64,000 nt of DNA from Phoronis australis (GCA_002633005.1 NMRA01000060.1:289472-353471), one strand, 5' to 3'. Counted from the first letter of the stretch, positions 11,800 to 26,588 are shown. Program-made: numbers and translations. The notes: a model not told the origin generated them from the sequence alone.

Positions 11800-14700
11800 C
11801 TTGACCTCAGCTCAATGTACATATCTGGACTATGACTCACAAGATGGCGTGCCAGCAACTCCATATAAGGAGTGTTGACTTCCTGCGTGAACAGTCACCT
11901 ATGATTTTGTACAGGTGAACTTAAACCAAGGGAGATAACAATTCGGCGCGGGAATATTTGCCCAGTGAGTGACGCAGACACTGTTAAGTGTTTAGCCGGT
12001 CACATAAAAATTAAATATTCAAAATGGCAGTTTTGATTCAATGGATTTTATACCTATGCAGACAAAAAGTCATTATTAACTTAAACAATGGCATTTCTTC
12101 AGGCAGTATATCTAAAAAAGGTCTAGAACCCAATCCTTCTACAATGTGCGTTCCTTGACTTGAGACCAAGCCCTGAGAAGCTGAATGCCTCATATTGATT
12201 TCCAATAGACAGTCAAGTTGAAAAATCAACCATTTGTCCAATTTCTATTCAGACGTCTTGCTAGGCAAAGTCCCTGTACCTAGCAATTAACAATTAACTG
12301 GAGTGGCATTCATGAAATACTGGCATGGGGTTATTTAAAGACATTTAAAATCGCCTAGTTATGCAAAACAACTTATTTGAATAAGTACTGAAACACATTT
12401 GATAATTGATAGTTGGGTGTTATGGTCTCTAATTTTATAAGTAGTTATAAGATAGGACCACTTAAATATCTTATTTAGAATTTAATGTACGATAGTTTTA
12501 CAGGATCAATATCTACTCTCTGGCACAAGCAAGAATTTTTCACTGAGACATAAACAGCCCAAAGAAAATACCCAACTTACCGAAACGGATAAAATCCAGA
12601 CAAACTAACGAGTTACAAAACAAGAATCAAATCTGAAACCACCAGCTGACAGGATGAAGATACAAGCAACTGTGGCACACACACTTGCCAATGGCCTCAG
12701 ATTATACACTCCAACTGTATTCGGTAATCCTAGACACAATAATCTCCACCATGCAGGTGCCTTTAGCTTGGGGAAATTAAAAACCACAAATCACAACCAA
12801 AACATTAATTCCTGGTAATCTCAGTATGAACCACAATCCCTTCAATTTATATCCAAGTAGTAGGTCCTAATAGTCCTTTGATAGTGGACACAGTTCAGCC
12901 TTGTTCTGATGGTGTTTGCTCTAGTAATGATAAGGCCTGCCAGTGCTGACCACTTTTAACAGCCACAACTGATGACGACAACTGTGTCATGACTCACCCA
13001 GTGATGGGGTTTCCTGTGGCTTGCTGGTCAAGCCCACTCATTCAGGACCATTGACAGCCATGGGTCATTCAGTATTGAATGACCAAGGCCAGGGTTATGT
13101 AATGGGTTTTGGTTCAGTTCAAAACAGTTATTGCAAGGTGTATATTGTGTAAATATGTGTACAACAGAGAGGTAATGGCAGTTCTCTGAGAAATACACTG
13201 AGGGCAATGACCAGTACCTTGGGGTCAAACTGTATCTGAGGGTATGGTTGTCAGCATTTTGCATACTGCAGGCTCTAACACAATAAGGAAGATTCGACAA
13301 GCAGACTAAATAGCATGAAGAAAACTGACCAATTCATGAAAAAACATAGCTACTGAAGTTTCAAACATGTCATGCATTAACTACTTGCTAAAGGTTATTT
13401 ACAATGTAGCAATGACTCATTGAAATAAACTGCCATTCCATGACAATGAAATGTTTGTTGGACAAATGTTCAACACAATCTACAAATCACAGGTTATACA
13501 TACTGAGAGCTGAAGCACACAAGGTTTTTTGAAGTCACTACAAAGCCAATTTTCCAACGGTGTGCACTGGGACCTACTAAACCTTTGGGCAAAAAAGCCA
13601 ATGCCATGAAATATTACTGTGGACTAGAAAATTATGATCCACCCTTACCGATGCCACAGGTCTGCCCCTGGTCAAAATATTGAGTATGGATACAGCAGCT
13701 TTGGCCATAGATTCCCTCATGACCACATGAGTTACGGAGTGCACATTTTAACTTGTTTACTCATCCCGCTTGTTCATGAAACTTAAAAAGAGACGGGATA
13801 TAAATGATGCTCCGTACTTGCCTATAACTTTTCAAGACAGACAGATTACACTCTGAGATCTCAGACTCCCAGTAAATTTCACTTGAGGAGGCCCTATGGA
13901 CTTTTTGAAAGCTGTGAGTCGTATTATCACGTCAGCTTATTAAATAGTATGTGTTTTATTGACTCATGAATACTAAGAACAACACTGAAATAAACAGGGC
14001 ACCTAGTGTGGAAAAAGTAATAATTTTAATGACCTTTATCAACAACCTTATGTGCAAAATTTTCAGACAAAAATGAGAAATATTTGAATTATCTTCAAAA
14101 ATATACCAGTGTCTTCAATGTATCGATCTATTTCTTTAAGTATTAGTGCAAGCTTTGTTATCTAAGAAACGTGCTGACGCCCTGTGTATCAATCAACTTA
14201 TCTCTCAATCACAGATGACAAAAACTACACTATGATTTGGTCTCAAAAATGTCAACTTTCCTCACAGGCATATTTGCCCTTCCAAACATGTTTAGCTTTT
14301 GTTTGAATTGAAATTGATTCCACTGACCAAACTGTGGTGGCAACTGAAACAAATCTGCTGCAGCAGTCAACTTAACAGGCCCACTGTGAAGCACTGAGTG
14401 AAGACTTGAAATCATTTCGAATTCAAGTACGGAACAATCAGAGATTTATGTCAAAATGATTAGAGATCCAAATCAAAAACATTTTTGAGAGAAGGCATGG
14501 GATTATTGCCACTGTTTAAAGGTATGAGACAAAACAAAATGCATACCTATCATTGTACTTGTTCAGAAATACAGGACAAATTTCATTAGAGGTGCATTTG
14601 TTCATTTTGAAAAAGGCAAGAAACTCGAAAATCACTTATGACAAGAAATCTTCTCAAAGGTCGGAAACGGCGAATTCCATCCCACAATTCAACATTCACT

Positions 14701-17700
14701 GAAAAATAACTTCAGTGGTTCCCATTTTACTAGTGTACGTTAACAAGGTACTGAACATACTCATAAAGCATTTGCTTGATTTCGTGTGGTCTTGCTTGAT
14801 CTAGATTTCTTGTGACTCTTTCGCGTCTACAGACCCCACCCCAGGAAGGAACTAAGGCACAACTCCAACAGCTAAAGATCAAAGACGGCTACCCACAGTT
14901 TTATGTTCTGTGAAATTTTGTGTCACTCACACCGTCACAGTTTGTCTACTTCCAAAAATTGATTTTTTGTCTTTGACTTTGCCTTTTAGTATGCTGCCAA
15001 GCAAGCTATATATTTCTGTCTTTTGGCTTTGAGTTGTAGACAGGTTTTCTGACTTTTAGCTTAGCCTGATTTCGTGAAAAAAACTAAGCCATACATAGAC
15101 TGACTTTAGCCAACAGTCGTTATACTCATCAAGAAACAGCCCCAGGATAGGACACAGCCCACAGATTAGTAGTTATCTCTTTAATTTGTCATCAGTTTGT
15201 GATGACCAAACTTCATACACAAACAACTGAGGAAGCACTTCCTTCCTACAGTGTGGTCATAAAGTCCCTAACAGAACACAAGTGACGTCATATCAGTGAT
15301 AAGCACAAGTCCAAGAGATGGCCCACTGAGGATGTTGTGAAGACTGGAATAACACACTTGAGGAAAAATTGGTGTTACCACTGTACATAAATTTTCACAA
15401 AACAGTTTCTTCCAACAGAACAGCACCATGGGATTTATTGTAAATTATGTTCACCATGTGAGCAGCAAAGTTTCTGAACAGGAAACACCTTTAATCGAAC
15501 TTAATGACCTTTGCTCCAGCAATAACAAAGTGACAGTTCCTCCCAATTCAAGAACTCAATAACAACATTTTGATAGTGACGAACAAGAATAAGTACCGCC
15601 TGCCCTGAGTATAGCTTTTAATCTATTTCAACAGTGACAGTTAAAGATATATGCCAACATTTAGCAGCCTTGTTTACCGTACTATGAAACATAAGAAGTC
15701 AAATGACAATGACCTCAACATCTTTGTGCAAGAAATTGAAAACTTTGTGAAAATCTTCTCAAGTTTCAATTCAAACAAATCAAAAATTGTACAGAACAAG
15801 GATTCAGCACCATAAGGAACCATATCAATCACATCTACATTTGAATTAATAAATTACATGTAGTAACAGGTATCAACTATAACACGTTTAGTGATGTATT
15901 TTATAACCGGTACACAAACAGGCTAAAAAAGTAGTATTTTCTGTAGCAGAAAAAACACCAGTTAATGTGAATGGTTACAAGGTTGACATAGGGCTTTCCA
16001 CCAAATCTAGCACTTTCCCTGAGTCATGTGAACACAGTTTTAGTCAGTGTGTGACAGTGTTTTGGAACAAGAGTAACAGGAAAGCTTTTAGTTTGAACCC
16101 CAGCTGAACACATGGCATTAACTTATAGGCCACTTGACAATGTTTCCAAACATTCATATCTTTTAGTCCAAACAGACCAGCTTGTCATGGAATAAGAGTG
16201 TCCATTGATAACTTGACTATATAGCAAACTTGACAGCTAAAAATGTCAAAATGACAACTTGGACAAATTTTAAGACATCTGTCATTCATACTTGCAAAAA
16301 AAACACAGACAGGAACTTAATAATTTCCCAAACCAGGTTTTGTGTTTGTTTTTACAGGGAAGAAACTCCACTGTAGATGGAATTTAACTAAAATAAATGA
16401 ACTGAAAAAACCTCACAATATATTTGTGGTCCAATCTTTCATCACTTAACTCCACTACAGGAAAAAGGTCTCCAGCTATGAATTACAACACTTTTGTTTG
16501 CATTCTTAAATTTGGCAATATTGCTGCAGTGAAATTCCTATTTGCCACCACAACAAATGTAAACAAAATACAGGACAGAAGAAAAGTTTTAAAACCGTTT
16601 TACCACAGTGTCTTATGGTATTTGTACCGATACTGTCAAATCAGTCATGTTCATTTCAACCTCTCCTGACCATATGGCCGAGAATGCTGGGATGCCAGCT
16701 CTATTTCTGCCCCAGCTGATAAAAAACGTGCTGGGAATTCCACGAATAAATATCAGCCAACCACAAAAACACAGCAGAAAGATGAGAATCCCTCCCACAA
16801 CCAGATGTGAGGGAGCAGATTATTAGGCTAATGAAAACATGGTGTTGCAGACAATGGGAAGTTCCCTGTTTGGGATAAATATGTGGTGAAATGTTAGAAG
16901 CACAGACTGAGTCACTGAGCACATGTTTAGAGAAAATTACCTATTTTCAAACAGAGGTGCTAGCTGATTTAGGAGCTCACTCATTGGCCTCCTAGTTCAA
17001 TTGGGTTGGGGCAGTTCCAAATGCAGTCAAGCCACGCCCATCATAGTAACTGTAGCAACAACAATCCCACAAGTGCAAAGCCGACATGGCTGGAGTCCCT
17101 TGCAAGGATCGAAACTGTTACCACATTGAACCGCTTCATCAAAAAGGTCCACAGGAAAAAACAAATGGTTGCACACAGCAGAATATTCCCAATACAAAGC
17201 CTTTAAGCCCTTTCGTTGATTATGCCAGTCCACTGAGACGTCAAGCGTCATTCACAGATGCATGATGGATTCAAACAGTTACCGTAGTCGTTTCTCGCGT
17301 ACTACACTCTAAATATCCGGGTGTCAAGACTAGGTGCTGGGTAAACTATTTCACAGCACAATTATGATGGGGAAATCTACTTCCACGCAATTCCACCGCA
17401 CATAAAATTTTAGTGAATGTCCACTGGAGATCTAATTTTAGAAAAGTGTCTTGAGTTGTTGACAAGGCTATGTCTCTGAAAATCACAGGTGGATATGTTC
17501 TGCATGTAAAATTGTTAAATATTGGCTTAGACTATCATGTTGAAACTATCAATTTAGAATGTTTTATACACACTAAAAAAGTCCACAATGGAAAGACGTC
17601 CGGGTAACAATCACCCCTTATTTGATAAAGTAAAATATGAGGAATTGAGGGACAGTTACTACGGCGATGTTTAGTGACCATGAATAGGAATGAACAGTCA

Positions 17701-18800
17701 AATCACATAGTCATCAATTTTGCAAACCTTGGACACTTTTCCCATTCAGATAACCACAGCTGCATTTTAGTACTTGAAATTTGTATAAAATCGTGAGTTG
17801 TAGGCTGAAAACGGCCATACCCTTTGTATTACTCGGGTAGTTGAGAGTGATTAAGACTAACCAGGTGCATAGACTGGTAGCAATTTTCAAAGCGCTTACT
17901 AATTCAAAACACTAATGTAAAAAGTGGCTTAATTACTATTACAATTTCTAATTTTGGCATTTCAATTTTATTAGAGCGGGTTCAAAACGTCAAAATGACA
18001 TTATATCAAATATAAGAACCAGTGGTTCACAAATCCCAGATTCAAACACCCTAATAAAAGGCTGATGCTTTGAGATTCGCTAGTTTACCTGCTGAACAAT
18101 ATTAGCAACATCTTCCATTACACACACATATTTCTAGATCTTTACAGCAGACGACAACGAAATACAATCAGGATGCAGGAATATGAAATTAGATTAACGA
18201 ATCAAAAGAAACTCAGTCTGTTCATCAATTCAAAAGAAAAGACACCAAACCGAATTACTGTGGGGAAGACGTTGACTTCATGCTCAATGAAGCTGAAGAT
18301 TGAATTTGACATCATTTTCAAATTAAGTGCCTTATTCAAAAACAGTGTTACTGCTAACCTAATACTACCTTGGTGAGGTAAACCACACAAAGACATCCTG
18401 AACAGGCTGAGTCACAATGAAAAAGACATCAAGGTTGAATGTCCAATGTCACTTACTAAGGTAGCAGAGAACATAAAATCTAGTTGATTGTACCTCGGTC
18501 CAGACAGGGCCACGTCACCCTAAGGTAATTCACAGTGCATTCGGGCCAGCCCTAAATTGGTCTGGGACAAGTGGAAATGAATAAGTTGGAACAAAAACAT
18601 GACCCAAATGTAACACTGTGCGTGGGGTTGTAACTCATACTGTAACGAGTAACAACCAATTTATTCAGTCCCCACTAAGTTTATGTGCGATGTGTCGAGA
18701 TTGGTGGGAACTGCCTATTTGTGACAGTAGCCCAAGTTACTATGTTCGTGCATTCAAATGAATGGCACTATGCTAGACTCACGGGTGGGTGGGGATTCCC
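11800..18800. promoter_or_regulatory. Putative intronic enhancer cluster (AP-1, Runx, NF-kB-like and CRE motifs)
   Basis: TGASTCA at 11833, 12990, 13413, 13960, 16020, 16908 and 18408. kB-like sites at 13006, 15991, 16733, 16856 and 18791. At least 12 ACCACA/TGTGGT. TGACGTCA at 15283. Confidence 0.45.
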
Positions 18801-20039
18801 TTACAGAGAATAAATTTGTACTTTTGTCCACATTTCAGAAAATTTTCAAATACTATCAGCGTCTCTTCCGGCAGTACTATCAATGCTGATTTTAATGCTT
18901 GATCAATTTTTTTTAGTAAAGTGTGACCTATGTCATCTGACAAAATATATCCCAAATTAGAGGGACCAAGGTTTCCAAAACATCTCAAGTTTATTATCAT
19001 AAACTTTAACTGTACTTAATTTTATCTAAGCAAAAGAACCAGCCAAAACCAATCGGATTAGCCATGTTCCCATTCTTGCCTGAAGTTCTCAGACAATGAC
19101 TCTTAAAACCAAAGCAGTATTCCAGTTCAACTCTTCACACCTCCCCTAGCAAATTAACCAACTATCAGATCTTGTTTCTAGATTTATGACAACACCAATT
19201 ACATGCCTGCACTGGACAGGATGCAGGGCCAAGACTAAAACAAGTGGCTGGCTTTATCAGGCAGTCACAGGCATGCATGCGCAGACACAGCAGTTCAAAT
19301 CGCAGCCAATGCACTCAAGTCTTTCATGATTCCATCGTAAATTTTTCCAGCCACAGAAACCACTAGGGACAGACCTGTGAGATGGCCAGGGTAACTTTGT
19401 GTGATAACTGATTAAGACACTGAAATATGAACTGGTTTACCTTCAGAGATTCAACTTCAAAAATTACCCCTTCTTGCTCCTTAATGAGAATAGATTATTT
19501 CAGGGCACAGAAAGAACAAACAAATTGACATTGCTCAACAATGAACCCCAATAATAACAAGGCTTTGATAGGTTAAAATGCTTTATGTGGCAAAGCGTAG
19601 AATAAGTTACTCAGTGACAGAGACACCAACATGTAGGATTCAACATTTTGTTGTCAACATGTTCAATAAGTCATGAAAGATGAACAAAAGATATGATCGA
19701 TTGCAACATCGATTTCGAAGTGCTATGCATAAAAACTCTAGAATGCCATTTTGACCTTAAAGAACGCTTTAAGTATCATCGATATGTGTTGGGACTGATT
19801 ATTAAGTGTGGCTGTGTGCAAGGAAGTGCCAGTACTCTATGTATTGTTATGCAGAATTTTAAAATGTTGAAAGAAGTTCCGAATTTCCATCTTATTTTTA
19901 TATGCCTGTGATGTGAACATTATTACTATGCGTTGGCCCTGGACACAACACTGGAAGTAAGTGCGAGTACAACATGTAAACTGCTGCTTACTCAAATCAC
20001 GGAAAAATGTTGGCAGTTAGATCAAAAGTTGGGCGTATT

Positions 20040-20210
20040 TGCCGCTGAAATAAGAAAATTACCACTAGAGGGCACACTGGCAATCTGATAGGTCCAAAAA
20101 GAGCACACCTGACCAATCTCATCGAGATCCTGCAAGGGTTTAGGAGATACAGCAGCAGACAAGGGATGCCCAAACAGACGTGATGACAAGATGCACTTGT
20201 GGGCGAATTA
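20040..20210 (-). mobile_element. 5' fragment of the HINE-like family
   Basis: GATCCTGCAAGGGTTTAGGAGATACAGCAGCAGA matches 33778-33812. Contains CCACTAGAGGGCAC. Confidence 0.6.
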
Positions 20211-21243
20211 ATTTAATTTATCAAAAAAGTCAAAATACAGAAGTGCAACCTTTAAAAAATCCAAAGTTAAAGGTTGACACTTGTTGTTGTCAAATGAGTG
20301 CCATCTATTCTTACTCCATGGTAAATTACTTGAAGACAAAGGTTGACATTTCTAAAATATGATTTTGAAACCTGCCAAATTGATCATAATGCCAAAAGTT
20401 GAAAGTTGAGCACTTGGAATTTCCTTCACAAGTAAGAAAAGTTCATAAATTATAGTTTAATGTTGCGTGGTGTCAATATAAGCTCTGTAATATGGGGAAG
20501 TTTAGAGGATTGTAAAGGCAACTTTAACCATCATAATGGTGAGGTGTCTACCGTGTCCCTTANGCACAAACAGACAAGGGATGCACAAACAGACAAGGGA
20601 TGCACAAACAGACAAGGGATGCACAAACAGACAAGGGATGCACAAACAGACAAGGGATGCACAAACAGACAAGGGATGCACAAACAGACAAGGGATGCAC
20701 AAACAGACAAGGGATGCACAAACAGACAAGGGATGCACAAACAGACAAGGGATGCACAAACAGACAAGGGATGCACAAACAGACAAGGGATGCACAAACA
20801 GACAAGGGATGCACAAACAGACAAGGGATGCACAAACAGACAAGGGATGCACAAACAGATGTGATGACAAGATGCACTTGTGGGCGAATTAACTTAATTT
20901 ATCAAAAAAATCAAAATACAGAAGTGCAACCTTTAAAAAATCCAAAGTAAAAGGTTGACACTTGTTGATGTCAAATGAGTGCCATCTATTCTTACTCCAT
21001 GATAAATTACTTGAAGACAAAGGTTGACATTTCTAAAATATGATTTTGAAACCTGCCAAATTGATCACAATGCCAAAAGTTGAAAGTTGAGCACTTGGAA
21101 TTTCCTTCACAAGTGAGAAAAGTTCATAAATTATAGTTTAATGTTGCGTGGTGTCAATATAAGCTCTGTAATATGGGGAAGTTTAGAGGATTGTAAAGGC
21201 AACTTTATCCATCATAATGGTGAGGTGTCTACCGTGTCCCTTA
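20157..21243. repeat. About 400-bp near-identical duplication (20157-20562 vs about 20837-21243) around an N gap; probable haplotype overlap
   Basis: Direct repeat with scattered substitutions that ends exactly at the N (20563). Confidence 0.85.
20564..20859. repeat. 19-bp minisatellite (GCACAAACAGACAAGGGAT) x about 15.6
   Basis: Perfect tandem copies starting right after the N at 20563. They explain the six overlapping repetitive ORFs. Confidence 0.97.
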
Positions 21244-23672
21244 ACTCCGCCGTCACGCTTCCCAGTTAGCCAATCAGGAGCGAGTTTACCCCGGGGTAAC
21301 TACCCATCTGGACACAACTTAAAGGGAAACTCCAGGAATTTTGGCAGTTGTTTGGACCTAAAACAGTATAATAGAAAACTGTTTACTATTCTGTGGCAAA
21401 ATCAAATAGTCAAAGTTTGTGATATCAGAAGGTGAAGTAACAATAATTCATCGATCGTAATTACTAAGCATGCAACAAAGGTGATATCTAATTTTTTGTT
21501 GCCTTGTTTAATTATTTGATTGCCAGTTTTTGTTTGTAAAAGACTTGTGGGACCCTATGACTAGGTCTTTGGCATTGTACTTGGAATCCATTACAGTATT
21601 TGTTGATAAGGTCCTACACAACTTCAAAGCGAATGTACATGTGTGTAGAGAGCAACTTCAGCCCTCGGACTACTGCAGTCAAGCCTGTGTTTTGATCTCT
21701 AAGTCCGTGACTAAACCCAATGCCAAATTAAGGGCCAACACAGAACAGGGCGATACAAATGAAGAGTTTATCATTCACAAGCAAACACAGTATGAAAATA
21801 TGCATAAATCATCACGACTTTCAATTGCAATAGTGCTTGACATTCGACTATAATCATAAGACTTCTTTGCAAAAATGGACTCTAGTCTTATCTAATGATA
21901 ATTTTTAGAGTATCGAATTTGGGTAAATATGAAAATGGAAAGTGAGTAGGCCTAAATATGAAAAAGGGCAGTGAGAGTATCCATAGTCAAGGTTTCATGA
22001 GATTTTTTCAGGTACCTTACACAAATCCTAATGGTATAAATTCTCCAGCTTGATCCAGTAAAAATTTAATTATCTTGTTCAAGGTTGGAGCTTGTACCAA
22101 ATTGGCTGCACCAAATTCAAGAATTATGATCAATTACAAACGATTATTCACATTTTACCCACTATGGGGGGGTGTGCTAGTCTCGAATCTTATGAGCTGC
22201 CAAGTTTATTTCCAGATTCTGTTGATAAAAAACGCAGTGTCTGATATTTGAGAAAAATCACCAATGCTAAAATCAACCCTGTCCTAATCTTGAGAATAAA
22301 GAAAATTTAACTTCTGATTGAATTTCGGTTTCCCATATTTTAGTCATTCCCCCAAACTGGAGGATTTTTACTGTTATTGCTAATCTAGAAACATAAAATT
22401 AAAGTGATGAATTGGCACTGAACACTGCTGGTTTATTTTCTAGTCAAACAGAGAGCCAATTTGAAACCAAACTGAACCTAGACCAGATAAATCTGATGAT
22501 ATCCTTTGTACTTTGACATTATAATTTGCCTGGTTAGATTCCGATAAAGAAAAACCTCCAAAATCAGTGCCGCGGCAGTAAACTCCATACAGAAACTTAT
22601 GTCTATGGTCAACATCAATAGTTAACATGAAGACCATGTGAAAAGAGCAAGAGCAATAAAAGCCATTAATCTAATTATATGCAGTAGGCTAATGGTTCTA
22701 CAGGCTCATTTACCAGTATGTAAGAGGTTCTGGCAGCCTAATCACCCCAACCAAGATTATTATTAAGGTCATGTCAACGCCTCGGTGCACTTCCGACCAG
22801 GGAAAAGGTTAAAACATGGAAAAGTAATTTCTACAAAACAAGTCTTGTGTCAGAGAAAAACTGCAACAAGGCCCCCTTGATTACTCTTTAATAGAGCCAA
22901 CGGATGTGTAAAACACACCATGAAACTCGTTTCAAAACGTCATAATATTACTTATTGTGAGTAACTAATACTGTGTTGTACAGTACAAAAAATCTGTAAA
23001 CATTTGGCAATGTCACACCACTTGACCAGTTGCAAATTCTCAGAGTTTGTAAATTCCTGTGAACCAGTGCATGGCAAGGGAGTATCCCTCCTCTTCTGAA
23101 GATCATTGGCGCTGAATTCCACTGGAAACCAATCTGCTCGTAAACAAGGTTCACAATTACAGGAAAACACATTTTAACGAGTTATAAATCTATAGCTTTC
23201 TTAATGAAAATTCAAAAATGGATGCAATGTTACAAAGCAGAGAGTAAAATCTTACCGATTTAAGATTACTAACTTTTGTCTCTTAATTTTCAAAGGCTTG
23301 TGACGTTATGAATGCTCCCAATTTCTTAAAACAGCATTTTAAAACAATAAACCATTGGTTTGGCATTACTTATAGTCCACGGAAAAGAAAATAAAAAACT
23401 ATATTCCACTAGTCTGGCCTACTATCCTAACATCTATCTGAAGTGCACCATTTAAAATCAATATCAGAAGCCGTTCTCTGTAAAAAGTGACCAGACAAGA
23501 GAAAGAACTATTAAAAGTAGATCAGACTGACCAACTCCTCACACGCAAACATACGGAATTGCTATCAGCAGTCGCTAGGTGAGACTGACGCACACGAATC
23601 ATGAGGCCTTTACCTGCCTGATGCCACTCATGGGTCACGCAAATATCAAGGAAATATATCACAACAGAATTT

Positions 23673-24754
23673 AGTAAATAGCAACTGTTAGCAGGAATCC
23701 ATGGTGATGCCAAAACAAAGTCGTGCTCCACTGATTAAGACTATATGAAGCTGGGCAGAAAAAAATGCAAAAAAATAACATAGAAGTGCGCTCCAGCCAA
23801 ACAACTGCCAAGGTATTAAGTTTCACCATCACATGCCCTATCTGTTTAACTTCTTCACAAGAATTGATATTAAAATGCTTGGCATAAAAAGGCATGACCA
23901 GCTTTTTACACAGACTACTTGTATTTGATGCCAATGCAAGGTGTCACATGTTATTTATTACATACAACTATTTGGCGCTAAAGATTTTTTTATATGTAGA
24001 TATAGAGATGTGAGTTCCCACCATATGTCTCAACTATTGTTGACTTACACTGATATCCATTATCGGTCTGGCAAATTGACCTATTTGTGCAAAAAATAGC
24101 TAGATAGTCGACTACAGAAGTGGATTAACAATGTTAATTTGCATGAGCACAGAAACCTACCATACAGGACAAGGGGTGTGTTCTGTAGCACCAACACTTT
24201 AGCTATACATCCGNAGTAAATAGCAACTGTTAGCAGGAATCCATGGTGATGCCAAAACAAAGTCGTGCTCCACTGATTAAGACTATATGAAGCTGGGCAG
24301 AAAAAAATGCAAAAAAATAACATAGAAGTGCGCTCCAGCCAAACAACTGCCAAGGTATTAAGTTTCACCATCACATGCCCTATCTGTTTAACTTCTTCAC
24401 AAGAATTGATATTAAAATGCTTGGCATAAAAAGGCATGACCAGCTTTTTACACAGACTACTTGTATTTAATGCCAATGCAAGGTGTCACATATTATTTAT
24501 TACATACAACTATTTGGCGCTAAAGATTTTTTATATGTAGATATAGAGATGTGAGTTCCCACCATATGTCTCAACTATTGTTGACTTACACTGATATCCA
24601 TTATCGGTCTGGCAAATTGACCTATTTGTGCAAAAAATAGCTAGATAATCGACTACAGAAGTGGATTAACAATGTTAATTTGCATGAGCACAGAAACCTA
24701 CCATACAGGACAAGGGGTGTGTTCTGTAGCACCAACACTTTAGCTATACATCTG
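23673..24754. repeat. 540-bp near-identical tandem duplication split by a single N (24214); probable haplotype overlap
   Basis: 23673-24213 vs 24215-24754. About 4 substitutions and 1 indel seen by eye. Confidence 0.92.
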
Positions 24755-25043
24755 CGGCGAGAATTCTTCAATAGTGGAATGGGAACATGAATTCTATCCC
24801 ATAATATTTAAATATTCCAACTTCACCAACCAATCACTTTGGTGGCTATCGTTTCGCAAGGTTACGATACTAAGGTCTCGAGCGTACTCTCAAACCACTC
24901 GCCTTTCACTGGCGTGATTTCGCACGGTCTTGGGTAATCTTGTTTTGATGATATTTCTCGATCTATAGAACCCAGCCCGAGGAGATGTATTCCATTCTAC
25001 ATTTGTGCAAGCTCAAGATAAGTGTGTATTATTCTGCACTCAA

Positions 25044-25160
25044 ATATCCATATGAGTATCAAGTCTAAGTGTTCACTTGATGGGCTTTAGATATGAGTAA
25101 TATCCATATGAGTATCAAATCCAAGTGTTCACTTGATAGGCTTTAGATTTGAGTAATATC
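25044..25160. repeat. About 56-bp tandem duplication
   Basis: ATATCCATATGAGTATCAA..AAGTGTTCACTTGAT.GGCTTTAGAT.TGAGTA x2. Confidence 0.85.
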
Positions 25161-26588
25161 TCGAAATTCTGAATTCAGACTTTAATGTTGGGGTCACCGG
25201 TCGTGTGCATACTGGGGTGAAACAGTCATCCCCATAAATCATAATGTCTTCAAACATAGAAAGATAGATACTTATTTTGCATTCCAACAAAAGAAGAACG
25301 GAAATGTGAAAAATAATTTTGAGTTTCATTTCAAGAAAAAAACTTAGACCTCTGGCTTAGTTATTTGGTGACTACCCAGTATCCAGAATGACCACACAGA
25401 TATTTCAAATTTATTCCAAAACTCAGAAGGTGCTGATCAAAAATGGTCATCCCTTCGTGAATGTGAAATATTGAATGTTATTAAATATTCACGTAAGCTA
25501 CAGTAAAACAAAAGGTCAACTTAATGTCATCATTCCTTGTAGACAATATGACAATTCAAGAAAATAACAAAATCACAAGTACATCAAATCAACTAAATTT
25601 TCCAAAGTCCATGAACCAGGATGTCTCCAGGTTTTGTTTAAGTTTCAATGTTACATTAATAATAGTAAAAGGATGTTTATTGCCAAGTACATATAAACAT
25701 AATCACTACTGATTCTGAACATTGTCCACATCAAACACTCCAAAATTCCTTCTAAAAAGTATGTCACTACATGCCAGTCTGTGATGATGAAACATGGTAA
25801 TTCATTCAGTCAGTCATTCATTGCACATGCACTCAAATCACTTGACAAAAATGAGGGAGTATTCACTCACCAAAGTCCGTCACAGAGATGAAACCAAACA
25901 GAAACACTGCTATGCCCCAGCAACCACTTCCTGGTAAATTGTGCAATCTTTGACCACCACTTCCCAAGAAACTCAAGCTGGCCCACAGTAGGACTAACAC
26001 ATGTTCAGTGGGCGATTCCTGACAATTTGAATGACAGCCTAGAAATGTTGGACAACCCCTCATTATTTATGAGCCACTGGTAGATAAACAGAATGCAACA
26101 TTGGATAAGAATTTATAGCCATATGAAGATGAATGTATGTGTTTGCACAGCGGTCTTGTCTTAGGCACTCAGAGGTCACATGAAATCAGTTTCAGATTGG
26201 AAATGCGAAAAACGTGTCTTGTCAAAATGGTGATATTTATGCTGGTGATTAGTCATGGAGGATAATACGGTTATTACACAGGGATTCTAAGGCAAGCCTG
26301 AAATATTGACTTTACCAATCGATCGATCGTCGCTCCAACAGCATATAGCATTTAGCATAAGACAAGGCAATGAAGTCCCAGTGACTACAACACCAAGCAT
26401 TTAGCATAAGATACTGGCAATGAAGTCCTAGTGACTATAACACCAAATAAAGAAATGTGCGACCTCACATTATCACTGAGCTTAAATCTAGATAGTTTTA
26501 TAATGGTATATGATGTATAATTGACATAGTGAAAAGGTCAAACTATTACCACTACTCCTAAGCACTACATTTGAAAACAGCATGAACG

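Noticed and set aside
20460-20950. Six overlapping ORFs of 105-134 aa with HKQTRDAQTDKGCTNRQGM or LFVHPLSVCASLVCLCIPC repeats; also a superficial CRISPR-like look
   Set aside because: These are translations of a stop-free 19-bp minisatellite. The units are contiguous with no unique spacers, there are no cas genes, and the DNA is eukaryotic.
23671-24476. Apparent duplicated ORF pair (MASNTSSLCKK / MALNTSSLCKK)
   Set aside because: They arise from the N-flanked haplotype duplication, with no splice or homology support.
24860-24940. GC-richer patch considered as a tRNA or tRNA-derived SINE head
   Set aside because: No convincing cloverleaf or A/B boxes could be built by eye. tRNAscan-SE would settle it.
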